From a virus, in IMG/VR virus record IMGVR_UViG_3300045946_000018, positions 1 to 64,000 of that record: 64,000 bases of DNA; one strand, given 5' to 3'. Below the pieces are notes generated by a model. The model saw nothing but the letters and a program-made list of their open reading frames with translations, searched no databases and was not told the origin of the DNA. Within the stretch, counting starts at the first letter, position 1; each line of letters opens with the position of its first letter. Below, in pieces: positions 9,545 to 19,010 of the stretch. Made by a program: the position numbers and the translations under genes.

Positions 9545-10837
9545 TTACGGCTTATCTTTACCTACATCATTCAGCAAACCAAACTTCGTTGGGTGATGAT
9601 ACTCAAGACCGCACTCAGTTAGCCACTCTTCTTTAGTACCGTCGAGCCGCTCGTGCGATGGTGATACTTTAGTCGTGTCCATACTCATGAATGTAGTATC
9701 ATCAATGTAGCGGTACTTGAGCATTTGTGGCTCTAGTATAACCAGTAGATTACGCGTAGTTGCATCGTAACTGAACAATGGGTGCGTCATTAGGTTAAGT
9801 GTACCAAATGGTGTAATCCATTGCGTAACCTTGAGACCGTATGAAGTAGCCGTGGGTGTGAGGTTAATCTGACCAGCTGCTTTTGCAATGCGATTAATGC
9901 CAAGCAACGCACCACTACCAGCAAAGGCCATTTTATCACTTGAGCCATAACGGAAGATTACTTCAAGTGATCTATCTAGCCATTCTTCACCACCTTCAAG
10001 CCAAGTAGTACTCGCCGGAACACTTGCATCGGTGGTGTATGTAAATGAGTTGCTAGGTGCACCTGTTTTGATTGCCTGAATGACACCCATAGTAGTGCGT
10101 TCAGGCTTGCCGTTAGTGCCAACGTTCTCCGTGCGAATGCCCCAGAAGAATGCTTTCTCCATCTCAATAGAGTGAAGTTCGAGAGATTCACGTTTTGCTT
10201 CTTTGTACGCGTCCTCGGTACGCAGCGTAGTTTTACGCGCGGTACGAGTAATGTCCAAAGGAGTACGGAAAATCTGAGTGTAGTTGAACCACTTCACAGG
10301 ATCATAGGCAACAGCATTAGGAATTGGCGCACCTTCAGAGTTAATGTTACCGATAATAAGAATGGTATCTGCAGTAGACAGGTTTGTTGCTCCACCATTA
10401 TCGTCAGCCTCTAAGAGTTTAACATCTATCTTAGAATCAGCACCGGCGAGAGTTACGCCAACTACTTTAGCGTTTACGTCTACGTTAAGGTTGGTAGATA
10501 CCCGCAATAGAACCTGATGGCCGACACGAAATTCAGTGGCAAGCGCCTGAGCTACCTTCACGTAGAGTGTGACGCCAGCTGCAGTACCGCCGGCAGCGAG
10601 TGCAGCTGTCATTCCTGAGTCAGTATAAATGTCAGTGATAGTTCCGCCTTGAGTCGCGAGGTTCTTTGTCCACCACGCAAATTCAGGGTCAGTAACTACT
10701 TCTTCTCCCATCTTACTCAATAAGCCCGTAAGTGGCGCCATTCCGTTCGGGTAAAGGTAAAGTATTCCTTGCCGCCAGTTCTTTGGACGCTCGTCAGTTG
10801 CCCAGTCACCAGTACCACGCATTCCCATGAAAGCCAT
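9545..10837 (-). CDS. Major capsid protein
   Basis: 430 aa; NYTQIFRT and C-terminal EEWLTECGLE motifs; follows the scaffold gene; best-conserved A/B gene pair. Confidence 0.9.
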   Translation of the reverse strand: MAFMGMRGTGDWATDERPKNWRQGILYLYPNGMAPLTGLLSKMGEEVVTDPEFAWWTKNLATQGGTITDIYTDSGMTAALAAGGTAAGVTLYVKVAQALATEFRVGHQVLLRVSTNLNVDVNAKVVGVTLAGADSKIDVKLLEADDNGGATNLSTADTILIIGNINSEGAPIPNAVAYDPVKWFNYTQIFRTPLDITRTARKTTLRTEDAYKEAKRESLELHSIEMEKAFFWGIRTENVGTNGKPERTTMGVIQAIKTGAPSNSFTYTTDASVPASTTWLEGGEEWLDRSLEVIFRYGSSDKMAFAGSGALLGINRIAKAAGQINLTPTATSYGLKVTQWITPFGTLNLMTHPLFSYDATTRNLLVILEPQMLKYRYIDDTTFMSMDTTKVSPSHERLDGTKEEWLTECGLEYHHPTKFGLLNDVGKDKP

Positions 10838-10892
10838 GATAATACCTTTCTGTAGTTGGCTCTGAAGCCCAGCACTTACTCCAGAAAGTTAA

Positions 10893-11081
10893 TTAAGGAT
10901 TCACTCCATCAGTAGGCGCATCAGCCGCAAGCAAGAATAATATCTTACCCTCACGTTCGTATTCAGTTCCATCCGTAAGAGTGAATACGTGCCCCTCTGC
11001 ACGCAAACGATCTTCAGTTGATGTACCAATTAGCTTGTCTAAACAGTGTCTATCATAGGTGCTCAAATAGGTGATTTCCAT
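10893..11081 (-). CDS. Hypothetical protein
   Basis: 62 aa, tightly packed, GGAG RBS. Confidence 0.6.
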   Translation of the reverse strand: MEITYLSTYDRHCLDKLIGTSTEDRLRAEGHVFTLTDGTEYEREGKILFLLAADAPTDGVNP

Positions 11082-11083
11082 AG

Positions 11084-11800
11084 TTATAACTCCACTAAAT
11101 CCATGATCTCTTTCTCTAAGCCCGTTAGTTCAGGCTCAACTTCTACTTTGCGACCACGCTGTGGTGCGAAGCTTCTATTAGTTTGCTTCGGCGCGGGAGA
11201 ATCTAGTTTCTTAAGTTTCAGCGCGGTGCGAACGTGAGTGGCAGTTTTTGCGAATACCTCCTGTGGCTTGAGTTCAGGATTCTCCTTAGATATATCCTTT
11301 GCATATGCAGCTACAGTGCGACGGAATTGCCGCAGGTCTGGATTAGCGTCATAGAACTCCTTTACCATTTCACTCATTGTGAGCTGCTCGCGAACGTATC
11401 GTGATACAAGGTCTTGCACAGAGCCAAGCACGTTGTCTGAAGCTCTACGCATCGCTTCGCCAACACCACGATTGTATACAGCAAGTAAAAGTCGATTAAG
11501 ATTCTCGCTAGAACTAAGTACTTCATCAATATCGAGCCCTTCCAAGAAATCTGGATCAGCGGGCTGATCGCCAGCTGCATCAGGTTCGGGTGGCAGCTCC
11601 CTTTCCAATTGCAGGCGACGACCAGTCTCTTCTTCAAGCCGAGCAAGTAATGCAGACTCGTGATCGCCTTCTTCAGGTTCAGGCGAAGATTCAGTAGAAA
11701 CTGGTTCATCACTTTGGATCGCCGGCTCAGGCTCAGGTTCAGGCTCATTTGGTTCGCTAGAACCAGGTCCGAAATCTAATAAGTCAAAATTCTCTGCCAT
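11084..11800 (-). CDS. Putative scaffolding protein
   Basis: Acidic low-complexity N-terminus, helical; lies between portal and capsid; ortholog at 59326-60087. Confidence 0.7.
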   Translation of the reverse strand: MAENFDLLDFGPGSSEPNEPEPEPEPAIQSDEPVSTESSPEPEEGDHESALLARLEEETGRRLQLERELPPEPDAAGDQPADPDFLEGLDIDEVLSSSENLNRLLLAVYNRGVGEAMRRASDNVLGSVQDLVSRYVREQLTMSEMVKEFYDANPDLRQFRRTVAAYAKDISKENPELKPQEVFAKTATHVRTALKLKKLDSPAPKQTNRSFAPQRGRKVEVEPELTGLEKEIMDLVEL

Positions 11801-12032
11801 TTACATTCTCCTCGATTGCATCGCAAATGCTTTGAGGTAGATTTATAAAGTGTCTACATGCTTCAGCGATGCCCTGAAAGCGTTTAATTTCACCTATGTC
11901 GTCTTCAACTTCTAGTTTATTACGTATCTCCTGAAGCCAGGTATCAACTTCGCTACGCATATCACGCCAGGCTACGCTCTCAATAAGTGCGTGAAATTCA
12001 CTAAGTGTTGCATGAAAGTTTTGTTCAGCCAT
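11784..12032 (-). CDS. Small conserved portal-adjacent protein
   Basis: WRD.R.E...W...R.QG motif; ortholog at 60068-60310. Confidence 0.7.
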   Translation of the reverse strand: MAEQNFHATLSEFHALIESVAWRDMRSEVDTWLQEIRNKLEVEDDIGEIKRFQGIAEACRHFINLPQSICDAIEENVNGREF

Positions 12033-12044
12033 ACTGTGCACCTT

Positions 12045-12271
12045 CGTTGCATTTATCCCTGCAGGAGGCTAGAGATTATATCACTACAGGGCACTAGTGC
12101 AGTCAACGCTTCGCGTGCTCCACTTCGTTCCGCCCCTTTGGGTGACTGCGTGCCCTTTCGTGAAGGGAGAAATTCGCCTCCTGCGGGAAAATGCATCGGG
12201 CGCGAGAAGCATCGGTCCCATAAGGGCTTCGCGCGTTGCTGCTCGCCAATCTTACGGTTAAACTTTAACCA
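12045..12271 (-). repeat. Rod-hairpin element E3 plus palindrome
   Basis: tgcattt.tccc.gcaggaggc/gcctcctgcgggaaaatgca; gcagtca/tgactgc; TTGACT-20-TATAAT with TGn (minus strand); palindrome at 12255-12271. Confidence 0.85.
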
Positions 12272-12274
12272 TAG

Positions 12275-14239
12275 TCATCCCTGTTCAAGCAATGAAACCA
12301 GCTCACCGTTCGCCACTTGATTCATGACCTGCTCATCAGGCGCAGCTGCTACTTGTGCTGCTGGCTGCTGCCTCTCGAATGCGTCAACATTCTTAGCACC
12401 AAGCGATGTAGCTATGTACTTGAAGATGTTGACCACATCGAATGATTGCATGAGTTGTTCGTTGCTACCTATTATCTGAAACAGCTGAGTCCAGATGTCA
12501 CTGAAATTGCCGCCCGGGATGGAGCCGTCGCGTACAATCAAGTCGTAGTCTACTAGGATGTCCATAGGACTGACGAGCACTCGCTGGTCAGTAATGTTGA
12601 ACTGGCGTTGAATTGATGCTGGCCATTCACCGACGGATTTAACATACACTTCCTGTGACATGAACTGTTGCGCGTGGTAGGCGAACATGTACCCGATGTC
12701 CTGCATAGCCTGCAGACCTACTATTTTGGCTATGCGCTCAAGACGGTTTACTGCACCTTGCGCAGTACCTTGAAACTCACGTGCGCTTAAACGCTCAGGA
12801 CCACCTTTACGGAGATTGCCCATTACTGCGTTGTCAGTGCCAGTCATAGTCTGCATGTATTCTACTATGAAGGCCACGTCCTGAAGGTTGGTGCGAGTGA
12901 TGTCAGTTACTGCTAGTTGCTTAACTGCATTCTCAACACCACGACCCCAGGCAGGACGACGTAAGCGTATGAGTCCACCTGGTTCGGGATCACGCAAGTC
13001 TTCTATGTTAAGTAGGTATGGATCGACAATGAGCATGTCGTTGATAGCTTTACGGACATTTGCCACGTGCGAGTTGAAGAGCCAGTCGATTACTGTTTGC
13101 ATGCCGCTAAGTATTTCGAGGCGGCTGTATGCTACGGGTGAATAGCCGTCGAAATCTGGAGCACAAATCCCAACTGGAAACATATCGTGATCAAGATCAA
13201 GAGGATTAGCACGTATGATAATAGCGTCATTTGCGACAGTGAATAGCCACTTCTCAGGTATATCTGATTTACCAAGTTTCCACATACTCGGAATAAGTTT
13301 GACGTAAACATGAAACTGATCAACTGGCTGAGAAATGTTCCGGTCGAATGAAGTAGCGTCACCACGAAGTGCGCGAGTGCGAGAAGTGCGCGTGTCAGTA
13401 CCGAGAATACCGCTAGCTTTATTAGGAGTATGACGTAGATAACGAACATTGAAGAGTGTAGGATCATCCTGTTCCTCACTGAGCAGATCCATGTAGTTTG
13501 AGCGATCTAGCCAGCCTACGTACTCACCTTTCTGTACGTCGTGAATGGAGTAATTAGGGTCTGGTAGATAGTTGTACGGATCTATATTGGTGATAGCGTT
13601 TCCCTCAAAGAGAATAGCATTCTCGCGCAAGGTGCGAGCGAATCCTGTTTGAGTGAACTCACCATCACCGTCATAAAAGCCTCGTGGCGAGCGAGACTGT
13701 TTTTTGCCATAGCGAGTGAGCCAATAGGGTGACACGGCGCCGAAGCCATAGGCACAAGCATCACGGAACATTGTGTGCAGTGAAAGTGCTACCTTGTTGC
13801 GCGTGCACTGAAGGTCTATTACTTTTTCCATAAGTATTGCGCCGGCGACATCTTCTGGTGACGCGCCTTCGTAACGAAACATTGGATTAGGAAAGAATGC
13901 TGCGACGAGATACGAGACTAAAGTTTCCAGGATTGCATAAGAGTATGGAAATACGATGCTGACTGGCTTGCGGGGGTCCTTGCGCTTGATTAAGCGTTCT
14001 TTGTCACTGAGTGAAATGTACGCGGTGAGTGTTTCGTTAGTTGCATCCCACGCAGGTCTGCGAGCTGATTGCACTTTAGCTGATTCCCAACCGTAGCGAA
14101 GTAAGCGTGAAAGCAAACGTTGATGAAGCTCGCCACCTGGCTTTAGGTTCATGTCTTCAGGATAATCGTACTTGTAGTCGTACTTTTCAGTATCACCCAT
14201 GTTAATGAGCGAATCTGGGTTCGTCAGTTGGTACGGCAT
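12275..14239 (-). CDS. Portal protein
   Basis: 654 aa immediately after terL; ortholog at 60310-62241. Confidence 0.85.
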   Translation of the reverse strand: MPYQLTNPDSLINMGDTEKYDYKYDYPEDMNLKPGGELHQRLLSRLLRYGWESAKVQSARRPAWDATNETLTAYISLSDKERLIKRKDPRKPVSIVFPYSYAILETLVSYLVAAFFPNPMFRYEGASPEDVAGAILMEKVIDLQCTRNKVALSLHTMFRDACAYGFGAVSPYWLTRYGKKQSRSPRGFYDGDGEFTQTGFARTLRENAILFEGNAITNIDPYNYLPDPNYSIHDVQKGEYVGWLDRSNYMDLLSEEQDDPTLFNVRYLRHTPNKASGILGTDTRTSRTRALRGDATSFDRNISQPVDQFHVYVKLIPSMWKLGKSDIPEKWLFTVANDAIIIRANPLDLDHDMFPVGICAPDFDGYSPVAYSRLEILSGMQTVIDWLFNSHVANVRKAINDMLIVDPYLLNIEDLRDPEPGGLIRLRRPAWGRGVENAVKQLAVTDITRTNLQDVAFIVEYMQTMTGTDNAVMGNLRKGGPERLSAREFQGTAQGAVNRLERIAKIVGLQAMQDIGYMFAYHAQQFMSQEVYVKSVGEWPASIQRQFNITDQRVLVSPMDILVDYDLIVRDGSIPGGNFSDIWTQLFQIIGSNEQLMQSFDVVNIFKYIATSLGAKNVDAFERQQPAAQVAAAPDEQVMNQVANGELVSLLEQG

Positions 14240-15753
14240 TACACGAGCCTCCAGTCGTCGTCTAGAGGTGGATCGTATTCGAGTGATGCGAACTCGTCGG
14301 CATCTTGTGATGCGTCAGCATCAGGAGTGGTGAAGTACCTGCCGCCTAATTCAAGTAGCTCAATGACGTAGGCTGTCGCATCGGCAACGTCCACGAGACC
14401 GCTACGTGGAAATGACAGTAATTGTGCTTCGAGCTTACTGCAATTAGTTTTGTTGTGGTAGATCCAGCCCTGTCTGTAATAAGGCGAAAGCGCACCAATG
14501 CGCTTAATCTTACCTTTCTCGCCATCAGGAGCTCCACCTCTAGCCTTAAGCCATACAGCTTCAAAAGAGTCAGCGGGACCGCGTCGTAGCATTTCGTTAG
14601 TGATAGGTTGCTTAATAAATTCCTCAAGTCCTGTTACCTCTATGCCCACTACGTGTGCGTTAAGGCGGCGACGCATAGCAAACATTTCATCGTACAAGTC
14701 GTTAGGGAAGAACTTGCCGCTGACTACGTCTCTGACGTATATAGCGTTGTGGCTGTAGTCAATGCCAATGCCAACGATTGCACTGTCTGCTGAGTGCATA
14801 TTAGCAGTTTTGGCAGGATCAACTATGATTACATTCTCGAGATTCGCAGAATCTAGCTCGCGTTCTTCGTAGTACTTGAAGTATTCTTGACGGAATGTTG
14901 CGTCTTCTTTTGAGATAGGTAAGTTACGATATTCCATGTAGAATACGTCGAGTAGTCCTTTGTTGCGGTGCGATTCTACTTCGCGGCGGAGTTCATCGGT
15001 AGAGATTAAGTGTGGTGCCAGTGATTCGTAAGAATCATTGCATAGATCCAGGCGCATTGAGTGCCATTCATCACTGGTTAGGAGTTCTTGAAGAAGCGAG
15101 TCGTAATGTTTGAGAGTGTCTATGTAGATAACACGCCACTTGTCGCTATAGCGATCTACACACTTGAGTAAGTCGGAGTTGAACCACTCTTTGAGTTTAC
15201 GGCGATTCTCGGAGTTCTCTAACTCCTCTTTCTTTTCAAGGTCGTCTACTATTATTAGTTGAGGGCGATAGTTCTTATATAATAGTCCCCGAACTTGCTG
15301 ACCAGCGCCGCGGGGCATGACGAGTGTACTTCCAAACGCCACCCAGGACTGTTTGCTGAAGGACTCATCCAGCTCGGGATCATCTGCGTTAATTTGTACG
15401 TTACCAAATATCCGTCGAATTTCTCGATTAGTAAGAAGCTCACGTTTTATGTTCTCCGTTTGCATAGTAGCGATTGTCTCGCTGTTGGAGATGTACGTGA
15501 CGAATTCGTATTCACGGAATAGGATTGACTTTTCTACTAACGCACGGGCCAGTGAAGTTTTGCCTAAGCCTCGCGGTGCAGCTATGCATATACGCTGATG
15601 AGGTGAGTCTATAGCATCGAGGATTGACGCGTGAAGCGTCGACCAGGGCGTGTTGAATGCTTCTGGAAGCAACGTCTTGCAGAACACGCCGATGTTTTGG
15701 TAGCAGAGTGCCAGGATGTCTGCTAAGTCAGGTGTAAGTGTCGCTAGTGGCAT
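14239..15753 (-). CDS. terL: Terminase large subunit
   Basis: Walker A APRGLGKT, Walker B LIIVDDLE, RNase H-like VDPA...ADSA and DVADA. Confidence 0.95.
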   Translation of the reverse strand: MPLATLTPDLADILALCYQNIGVFCKTLLPEAFNTPWSTLHASILDAIDSPHQRICIAAPRGLGKTSLARALVEKSILFREYEFVTYISNSETIATMQTENIKRELLTNREIRRIFGNVQINADDPELDESFSKQSWVAFGSTLVMPRGAGQQVRGLLYKNYRPQLIIVDDLEKKEELENSENRRKLKEWFNSDLLKCVDRYSDKWRVIYIDTLKHYDSLLQELLTSDEWHSMRLDLCNDSYESLAPHLISTDELRREVESHRNKGLLDVFYMEYRNLPISKEDATFRQEYFKYYEERELDSANLENVIIVDPAKTANMHSADSAIVGIGIDYSHNAIYVRDVVSGKFFPNDLYDEMFAMRRRLNAHVVGIEVTGLEEFIKQPITNEMLRRGPADSFEAVWLKARGGAPDGEKGKIKRIGALSPYYRQGWIYHNKTNCSKLEAQLLSFPRSGLVDVADATAYVIELLELGGRYFTTPDADASQDADEFASLEYDPPLDDDWRLV

Positions 15754-15770
15754 ACAGAGTTTCCGTGTTG

Positions 15771-15787
15771 TGGTTAAAGTTTAACCA
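15771..15787. promoter_or_regulatory. Stand-alone perfect 17-bp palindrome TGGTTAAAGTTTAACCA (other stand-alone variants at 9528, 18930, 23009)
   Basis: Perfect inverted repeat at a gene boundary; 13 copies counted in phage A. Confidence 0.8.
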
Positions 15788-15851
15788 TAGCGATTTATCG
15801 TTACTTGCGGGCCCGTCGGTCGCCCTCGACCGAGCTAACATTTACAAGTTA

Positions 15852-16343
15852 TTATTCCTCGCTTGCGAGGAGTCCGGCGTCAGATGCCGCATTAAGTGCA
15901 CGCATCTTGATTGCCTCAATGTCGTCGCGTGAGAGATGGGTGTTGATAGAGGCTACTTTGTGCACCTCACCAAAGCCGGCGCGACCTAGATGTACTGAAG
16001 CGTACTTTGCACGAATGGCAATGGGTGCTTCAATTTCGCCAGAGATGACTTCCTCCAGAAGTCTCAGCGCTTGCGGTGCGAATTCAGTGATTCTAGCACC
16101 AATGTCTATTGCCTCGGCATCGAGTTCCTGGCGAAATTGCCGCAATTTTGCTTGAGCAATAGGTGAATTGCGGACGTTAGATACAGTTTGTGCTGTCACT
16201 CCGCATGTCGCAGCGACATGTTCGTTGGAGTGTCCAAGAGCCACCATGCGAAGCATTTGCTCATGGTTGGCCCAGAGGGACTTGATTTCGTAGACTCGCT
16301 TTGGAACGAACCTACGGTCGTATTTGTATTTGTCCTCAGACAT
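15852..16343 (-). CDS. terS: Putative terminase small subunit
   Basis: HTH (SNEHVAATCGVTAQTVSNV), upstream of terL. Confidence 0.7.
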   Translation of the reverse strand: MSEDKYKYDRRFVPKRVYEIKSLWANHEQMLRMVALGHSNEHVAATCGVTAQTVSNVRNSPIAQAKLRQFRQELDAEAIDIGARITEFAPQALRLLEEVISGEIEAPIAIRAKYASVHLGRAGFGEVHKVASINTHLSRDDIEAIKMRALNAASDAGLLASEE

Positions 16344-16420
16344 TAATTACTCCTTTGTTGCAGCTTGAAGAGCTGCTTGTGAGCGCGCATGTCGCTCAAC
16401 AAGCCTGTATTCTGTTTACT

Positions 16421-16449
16421 ATTGTATCAGATTACAGTCAGTTTGTCAA
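16421..16449 (-). promoter_or_regulatory. sigma70-type promoter for the terS/late operon
   Basis: TTGACA-17-TACAAT with TGn. Confidence 0.8.
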
Positions 16450-16536
16450 GGGATTTTAGCTTAAATAACGTAGTTTGTGCAAAAATGTATTTTGAAAGTT
16501 ACAATATCTAACCATAGCTAAAAATTGAATGCTAAC

Positions 16537-16565
16537 TTGACATTTGAATAATTTTCTGATATAAT
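16537..16565 (+). promoter_or_regulatory. sigma70-type promoter
   Basis: TTGACA-17-TATAAT with TGn. Confidence 0.85.
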
Positions 16566-16739
16566 AGCTTGTAAATGTAAGGAGCATGATTTGAAATTGC
16601 AGCACAAGAGAGGAGGCTCTCCCCAAGCGGCGCGAATTTGCTCCCCCCATGGTCGGGTGCGCGCGAAGACAGGCACGCGAGTCTTCACACGCGAGCGCGA
16701 GATGTATCTGCCTATTGCTGCTCAAAATGCGATCTGGCC

Positions 16740-16834
16740 TTGACAACCGCGTTTGGATGTGCAACAATATAAGTGTGAGCGGCAAACGCCACTCGCAAGG
16801 CGGCCTTGACAAGGTGAGTGCCGCTAGGTACAAT
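16740..16834 (+). promoter_or_regulatory. Tandem early promoters
   Basis: TTGACA-17-AACAAT (16740) and TTGACA-17-TACAAT (16806), each preceded by ggcc. Confidence 0.75.
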
Positions 16835-16933
16835 GTTAGTGTGAGGCAGCGATGGTCGCTGCACACAGCGTTCTTTCAGATAGCGCACTTGCTCATGCGA
16901 GTGCATGCGGGCAGTGCGCGTAGGAGCTGGATT

Positions 16934-17323
16934 ATGCCTACTTATGACGCAGCTGACCTGAAGGTAAACATTGACTTCGAGTGCCATGTTGAGGGTAACA
17001 AGAACAAGCCGATTGTGAAGTACCAAGCAACCGTTTTGTTCTCTAGCCTCAGCAAACTGCTGGAACGTGGCGGTGAATCCGTCAAGCGTACACTGCAAAC
17101 TAAGGCACGAGACGGAAAGTTTCCTACAGGTAGGCGAGTATTAGTAGACGAGGATGGCAAGTACACTCAGACTCTTGAGGACAAGGTATCCGCAATGTCT
17201 GACGCTGAGACTGAGGCGTTGTTTGCCATGCTGCAGGCTAAAATGCAAGCCAAGGCAGCACAAGAAATGGCAGCAATTGCCGAGGATGAACCAAAAACTC
17301 AGAAGGTAAAGGGCAAAAAATAA
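16934..17323 (+). CDS. First early protein (likely start MPTYDAAD)
   Basis: AGGAG RBS; the longer ORF from 16649 would run through the promoters. Confidence 0.75.
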   Translation: MPTYDAADLKVNIDFECHVEGNKNKPIVKYQATVLFSSLSKLLERGGESVKRTLQTKARDGKFPTGRRVLVDEDGKYTQTLEDKVSAMSDAETEALFAMLQAKMQAKAAQEMAAIAEDEPKTQKVKGKK

Positions 17324-17453
17324 GGTGTAACAAGAACGGGCTAGGATGAGAACTAGCCTAACTCTCACAAACTAGTGCAGCCTTGACGTGGCGTGAGAGC
17401 TACTCGCATGGTGCGAGTTCCAATGCACAACTCATTGACAAGAGGAATAAGAA

Positions 17454-17675
17454 ATGTCCTATCATGCTGACGATTATTTGGACGAGCAGGTCGATGACCG
17501 TGATGCAATGGTGGCACAAGCCATTGCCAACATTCTGAGACATGATATTGAGGCACTAAAAGACCTGGTAAGGCTGAGCGATAAACATGCTGATCTGTCT
17601 ATGCTCAATATCATAAAGAATCATCTGGCCGCGATGCGTCATGAGGTGCAGACTGAGCTGAAGGCGCGTAGGTAA
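17454..17675 (+). CDS. Early hypothetical protein
   Basis: 73 aa, GAGGA RBS. Confidence 0.7.
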   Translation: MSYHADDYLDEQVDDRDAMVAQAIANILRHDIEALKDLVRLSDKHADLSMLNIIKNHLAAMRHEVQTELKARR

Positions 17676-17727
17676 CAACTAACCGGGCTAGGATGAGCAC
17701 TAGCCCAACTCATAAGGTGAACAAGAA

Positions 17728-17862
17728 ATGTCTGGATACTGTACTATGTGTTGCTCGCATGTATACAGTGATTTAATTCTAGTCGACGAAAACACTGCAT
17801 TATGCCCGCAGTGTTATGAGGAATTGTTTGAAGAGTTCGCGCCAAACAGCGTAGAAGAATAA
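17728..17862 (+). CDS. Small Zn-ribbon-like protein (44 aa)
   Basis: CTMC...CPQC; AAGGTG RBS. Confidence 0.6.
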   Translation: MSGYCTMCCSHVYSDLILVDENTALCPQCYEELFEEFAPNSVEE

Positions 17863-17907
17863 CTAGCAATCGCGCTGGGATGAGCACCAGCGCAGAAAGG
17901 AACCGTT

Positions 17908-18186
17908 ATGCCTAACTGTTTTACTCTCACTCGCAAAACTGAACTGGAAGCTGGTCCAGTTCAATTAACACTGATTGATGAAGAGCTCTGCGCATACCTA
18001 GGACAGGAAGTTGATCCTGACAACTGGGTATACGGCTGGTACAATTCTATAGGACTTATGCTGGCTATAGGCAAGTCCTTTGAAGAGTGCAGGGAGATAT
18101 TCGCTGAGTCTAATCATCTGTTGCCAATTGTGGCATATCTTGAGGCTAATTTCGTGACTGACGCATGGTATCAGCACGGTAGATAA
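17908..18186 (+). CDS. Early hypothetical protein
   Basis: 92 aa, AAGGA RBS. Confidence 0.75.
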   Translation: MPNCFTLTRKTELEAGPVQLTLIDEELCAYLGQEVDPDNWVYGWYNSIGLMLAIGKSFEECREIFAESNHLLPIVAYLEANFVTDAWYQHGR

Positions 18187-18231
18187 CTCACACGCGGGGC
18201 GAGGATGTGAACTCGCCTCAAAGGAACACTC

Positions 18232-18315
18232 ATGGATGACAGCTGGGTATTGATAATTATGTTCTTTGCTATTTGCCTACTAGGCATGATAGCACAGTAT
18301 AGACTAGGATACTAG
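18232..18315 (+). CDS. Single-TM microprotein (27 aa)
   Basis: MDDSWVLIIMFFAICLLGMIAQYRLGY; AAGGA RBS. Confidence 0.5.
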   Translation: MDDSWVLIIMFFAICLLGMIAQYRLGY

Positions 18316-18321
18316 AATAAT

Positions 18322-18348
18322 GGGCTGGCTGAGACCAGCCCTTTTTTT
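18322..18348 (+). terminator. Rho-independent terminator
   Basis: gggctgg-ctgaga-ccagccc followed by T7. Confidence 0.85.
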
Positions 18349-18376
18349 GCGCCTACACACGTAAGCAGTATCCATA

Positions 18377-18426
18377 AATGAATATCCGCCAATGAATATC
18401 CGCCAATGAATATCCGCCAATGAATA
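18377..18426. repeat. 14-bp tandem repeat (AATGAATATCCGCC, about 3.6 copies)
   Basis: Directly visible. Confidence 0.95.
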
Positions 18427-18431
18427 CCAGC

Positions 18432-18800
18432 TCAATTAGAGAGTAACTTATCTAACTTAGACAGCACCTCAGCATATTGAGCTCGCACGCGCAGTTCACA
18501 GATACGCTCGAGAATATACTTTCGCTTGGCAGATATAGACGCGAAGAACTTATTGCCGGCTATGGAATTGCAGCGTGTGCAACAGGGAACTAGTTGCAGG
18601 AGTTCACTAGAGAACTCAAAATAAGGCATTAGACGCGCTAGCGAGACTGGTAGCACGTGATCCATAGCTTTTGCTGGTAGGCTACAATAATAACACTTAG
18701 ACGGATCACAGGATGCATAGACATACTTATATTCGTTACTCACGCGGGGGCGTTGGGGGGAAATTTTAGCTAATAGACGATCTAAAAACATACAGCACAC
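18432..18800 (-). CDS. HNH endonuclease
   Basis: CYYC...DHVLP...CCTRCN; own promoter TTGACA-17-TATAAT at 18859-18887. Confidence 0.85.
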   Translation of the reverse strand: MCCMFLDRLLAKISPQRPRVSNEYKYVYASCDPSKCYYCSLPAKAMDHVLPVSLARLMPYFEFSSELLQLVPCCTRCNSIAGNKFFASISAKRKYILERICELRVRAQYAEVLSKLDKLLSN

Positions 18801-18981
18801 TCCTTAGTTTGTAATACAAATGTAATACAATCTCATAGACGATACTCGAATCATGTAGATTATATCATACTCTGAATGAAATGTCAAGTCACGGATTTGA
18901 GCGTAAGTTACATGCTAAATAGCATATTTTGGTAGTATTTTAACCATAGCATGATGATTAGGCTTAAAATTTTGAGTATAC

Positions 18982-19010
18982 TTGACAACCCAATTTATTT
19001 CTGATATAAT
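18982..19010 (+). promoter_or_regulatory. sigma70-type promoter
   Basis: TTGACA-17-TATAAT with TGn. Confidence 0.85.

Larger units (their letters stand above)
17338..18219 (+). repeat. Four intergenic hairpins with conserved 8-nt loop GATG(A/T)G(A/C)A (17338, 17685, 17872, 18196)
   Basis: gggctag-gatgagaa-ctagcct; gggctag-gatgagca-ctagccc; gcgctgg-gatgagca-ccagcgc; ggggcgag-gatgtgaa-ctcgcctc. Confidence 0.85.

Noticed and set aside
16649-16933. N-terminal 95 aa of ORF 16649-17323
   Set aside because: It overlaps two consensus promoters; a good RBS precedes the ATG at 16934.
17338-18426. Possible CRISPR or mini-array (repeated hairpins and the 14-bp tandem repeat)
   Set aside because: The hairpins are separated by whole genes of variable length, the tandem repeat has no spacers, and there is no cas operon. 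The Cas4-like nuclease is in a normal recombination module.
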